From contig JANJGN010000006.1 of the NCBI GenBank assembly GCA_026770705.1, forward strand, positions 60,202,001 to 60,266,000: DNA of 64,000 bases, given 5' to 3'. Within the stretch, counting starts at the first letter, position 1, and every line of letters starts with the position of its first letter. The position numbers were made by a program, and so were the translations under genes. This stretch comes from Isurus oxyrinchus. Lineage: Eukaryota. Below the pieces are notes generated by a model. The model made no database searches, had not been told where the DNA came from, and saw only the letters and a program-made list of their open reading frames with translations. Positions 61,936-64,000 of the stretch are shown here, in pieces.

Positions 61936-64000
61936 ATCTTGTGTCTAACACCTTTGTTACGCTTAAAAGTGTTACATTCAAGCATGTACTTGCACCAGAT
62001 GGCTTCAATACCACATTCATAAATAGCAGCAAGTCACAACTGAAGAGGCAGGGAGCCTTCCAACCAACAAATAGTATCTTAAAAATATATATTTCAAAAA
62101 AAGAATCAAATGCATTTTATTTTGGTTTCTCCTGACATTGATAACCTGGAGTCTCCCCAAAGGAAGAGTTGGGGATTTACAATGAAGTACCAACCTACAA
62201 CCATACTTCCCACATCTACAACAAACGTCATCTCCGATGTATATATTATAGCAATTTAACTTTTTTCACATTAAGAGGAAAAGCCAGGTTGAACATAGCC
62301 CTACAGTAATGCTTTGTACATTACATTGGATAACATTCCTGTTGTCATAACATAGCATAATCTCTGATTTACTGTGAAGTGTGTTACGGGAAACCTGCTA
62401 AAGAACATAATTATGGAGTTATGTTCTGAATAAACTAGGATTGAACTCAGGAACCTAGGCAATGAGTGTCAGCAGGTTCTTTTGCTTGAGGGGTGGGGTA
62501 GTGTCACTCATCAAACCTAATTGTATCCTCAGCCACTATTCACACATTTACATTTACCAATAAGGATCACAGGATAATATCAAGATTTTTACCCCTACTT
62601 ATCTGTGAAGTACTGAGGCTAGAGGTAGATTCCTTACTTCCACCTTGGCTTGGATCAGCTAACTTATTGTAGATCAGATCAAACTAGAGATCTTCCTAGC
62701 ACAAGGGGTGGTACACTTATCTACTGAGCCATGAGGGAAGGAAGATAAGGCTTTTATCCGGTTAGTCTGGGGAGGATTTAAATCCAACTCTTGGACGTGA
62801 AAGGGTAGAGAGCAAACCCAAATGCATCACTCATACCCCAGGTCAACATTCATTGTCTATTTCTATTTAAACAGTATTAAGACCCTGTGTTTTTTTTATT
62901 TTAGTTAAATCAACAGTTGAAACCAAGAAGCTGTTTTTTTAATCCTGGGACATTTAGGTATTTTCACCTGACTAGAGTGAGGGAATTTAAAATACCTTTT
63001 GATACTGTAATCAGCTCACTGGTTCTGCCATAAATTCTGTTTTATGTCTTAATTTATTTAAAAATTCAGCCTCCGCTTCAGTGCCTTTTTAAAATAGATT
63101 GTGACGTTGTGCCATTTTATCTAAGCATCCTCATACAAAATTAAAGGCTGCTTTCCTACCTCGTCAGTTTTAAGTCAGTCACTTGGGTATGATCAAACCC
63201 AGAGCAATTCAGTCTGAAGTTGAATGCCTGTGCCTGTGCTGTACAGGATTTGTCTTTGTTTGACATGAAAAATATGCGTCTCCTTCGGTCTGTGCTGTTA
63301 TTTGTAATAAGGAAACAAAGGCAAAACTGAGCACAAAGCAGGTCTGTGTGGCTATGTGTTGGATTTTGGCAACGTTCCTAGAACTGCTGTTGATTTTATG
63401 TTCTTTATTATGTTATACATACAATGTACTGACCTTTAATGGCTTCTGTTCATCAAATGCAAAGTAATGTAAGCCTAAACCCAGGAACCTGCATTAGCAT
63501 AAATGTCCTAGTTCTGTCATTTTGATTAATTTGTCTCTTTGTCTGCACGCTGTATGATGAGCTATTAACTGCTGCATCGCCTCATGTGTCAATGACTGCC
63601 TTTAATGACTTCAAATTGTACTTTACTTTTACCTTTTGTTTTTCTACTTTTCTGCTTTTTTTTATTCAGTACTCTACAGATTTTCTTTTCGACGCACACT
63701 TTCATTAATAGCTTGCTGTAATGCTACAGTAATCACATATGGTGCTGGATATTCATGAAGCTGTGATCTCAGGGGCAGCAGCTGCTGATGCAAGCTGAAA
63801 ATAGATCCAAAATACCTTGTGTAGTTCTCCCAGAGGTCCTCTATTTGCTGGTAACGGTCTCTGCCTGAGAAAGCTCAGTTCATTAAGACAAAGGGAAAAA
63901 TTGAGGGGGAAATTTAATTTAGCCTCTTAGAACAGTGAGGATCGAGTTATCACATATGAAATTGCTGAGCAGCTTAAATTTATGTCCAAGCATTACCATT

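Noticed and set aside
1845-62135. Remaining 60-170 aa ORFs in the track
   Set aside because: They are alternative or antisense frames of LINEs and MITEs, or chance ORFs with no recognisable domain or splice context.

Overview
This is repeat-dense, AT-rich vertebrate genomic DNA. The repeat mix (CR1/L2 LINEs, Deu-type SINEs, Penelope-like elements, Harbinger transposons) points to a cartilaginous fish (shark-like); that assignment is an inference. The only host protein-coding sequence I can support is the first coding exon of BACH2 (+, exon 45549-45803, ATG at 45561, N-terminal BTB half), so the window is probably almost all BACH2 5' region and intron. Much of the rest is transposon debris: two CR1-group LINE families, L2 and RTE fragments, SINEs, a full-length but dead 3.9-kb Harbinger (transposase plus spliced Myb/SANT gene, TIRs, ATC TSD) with several non-autonomous relatives, and Penelope-like elements. 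The most interesting signals are: (i) minimal hammerhead-ribozyme folds in Penelope-type tails, including a young TSD-flanked subfamily with a non-canonical CUGUCGA core; (ii) a LINE lacking ORF1 whose 5' end is a tRNA-like SINE head, together with its deleted and SINE-sized derivatives; (iii) two locally templated inverted insertions (154 bp at 152/154 identity, and about 133 bp at about 83%); (iv) a CpG-retaining candidate regulatory region split by a CR1 insertion. All alignments and counts were done by eye. Family names come from recall and need Dfam/Repbase confirmation.
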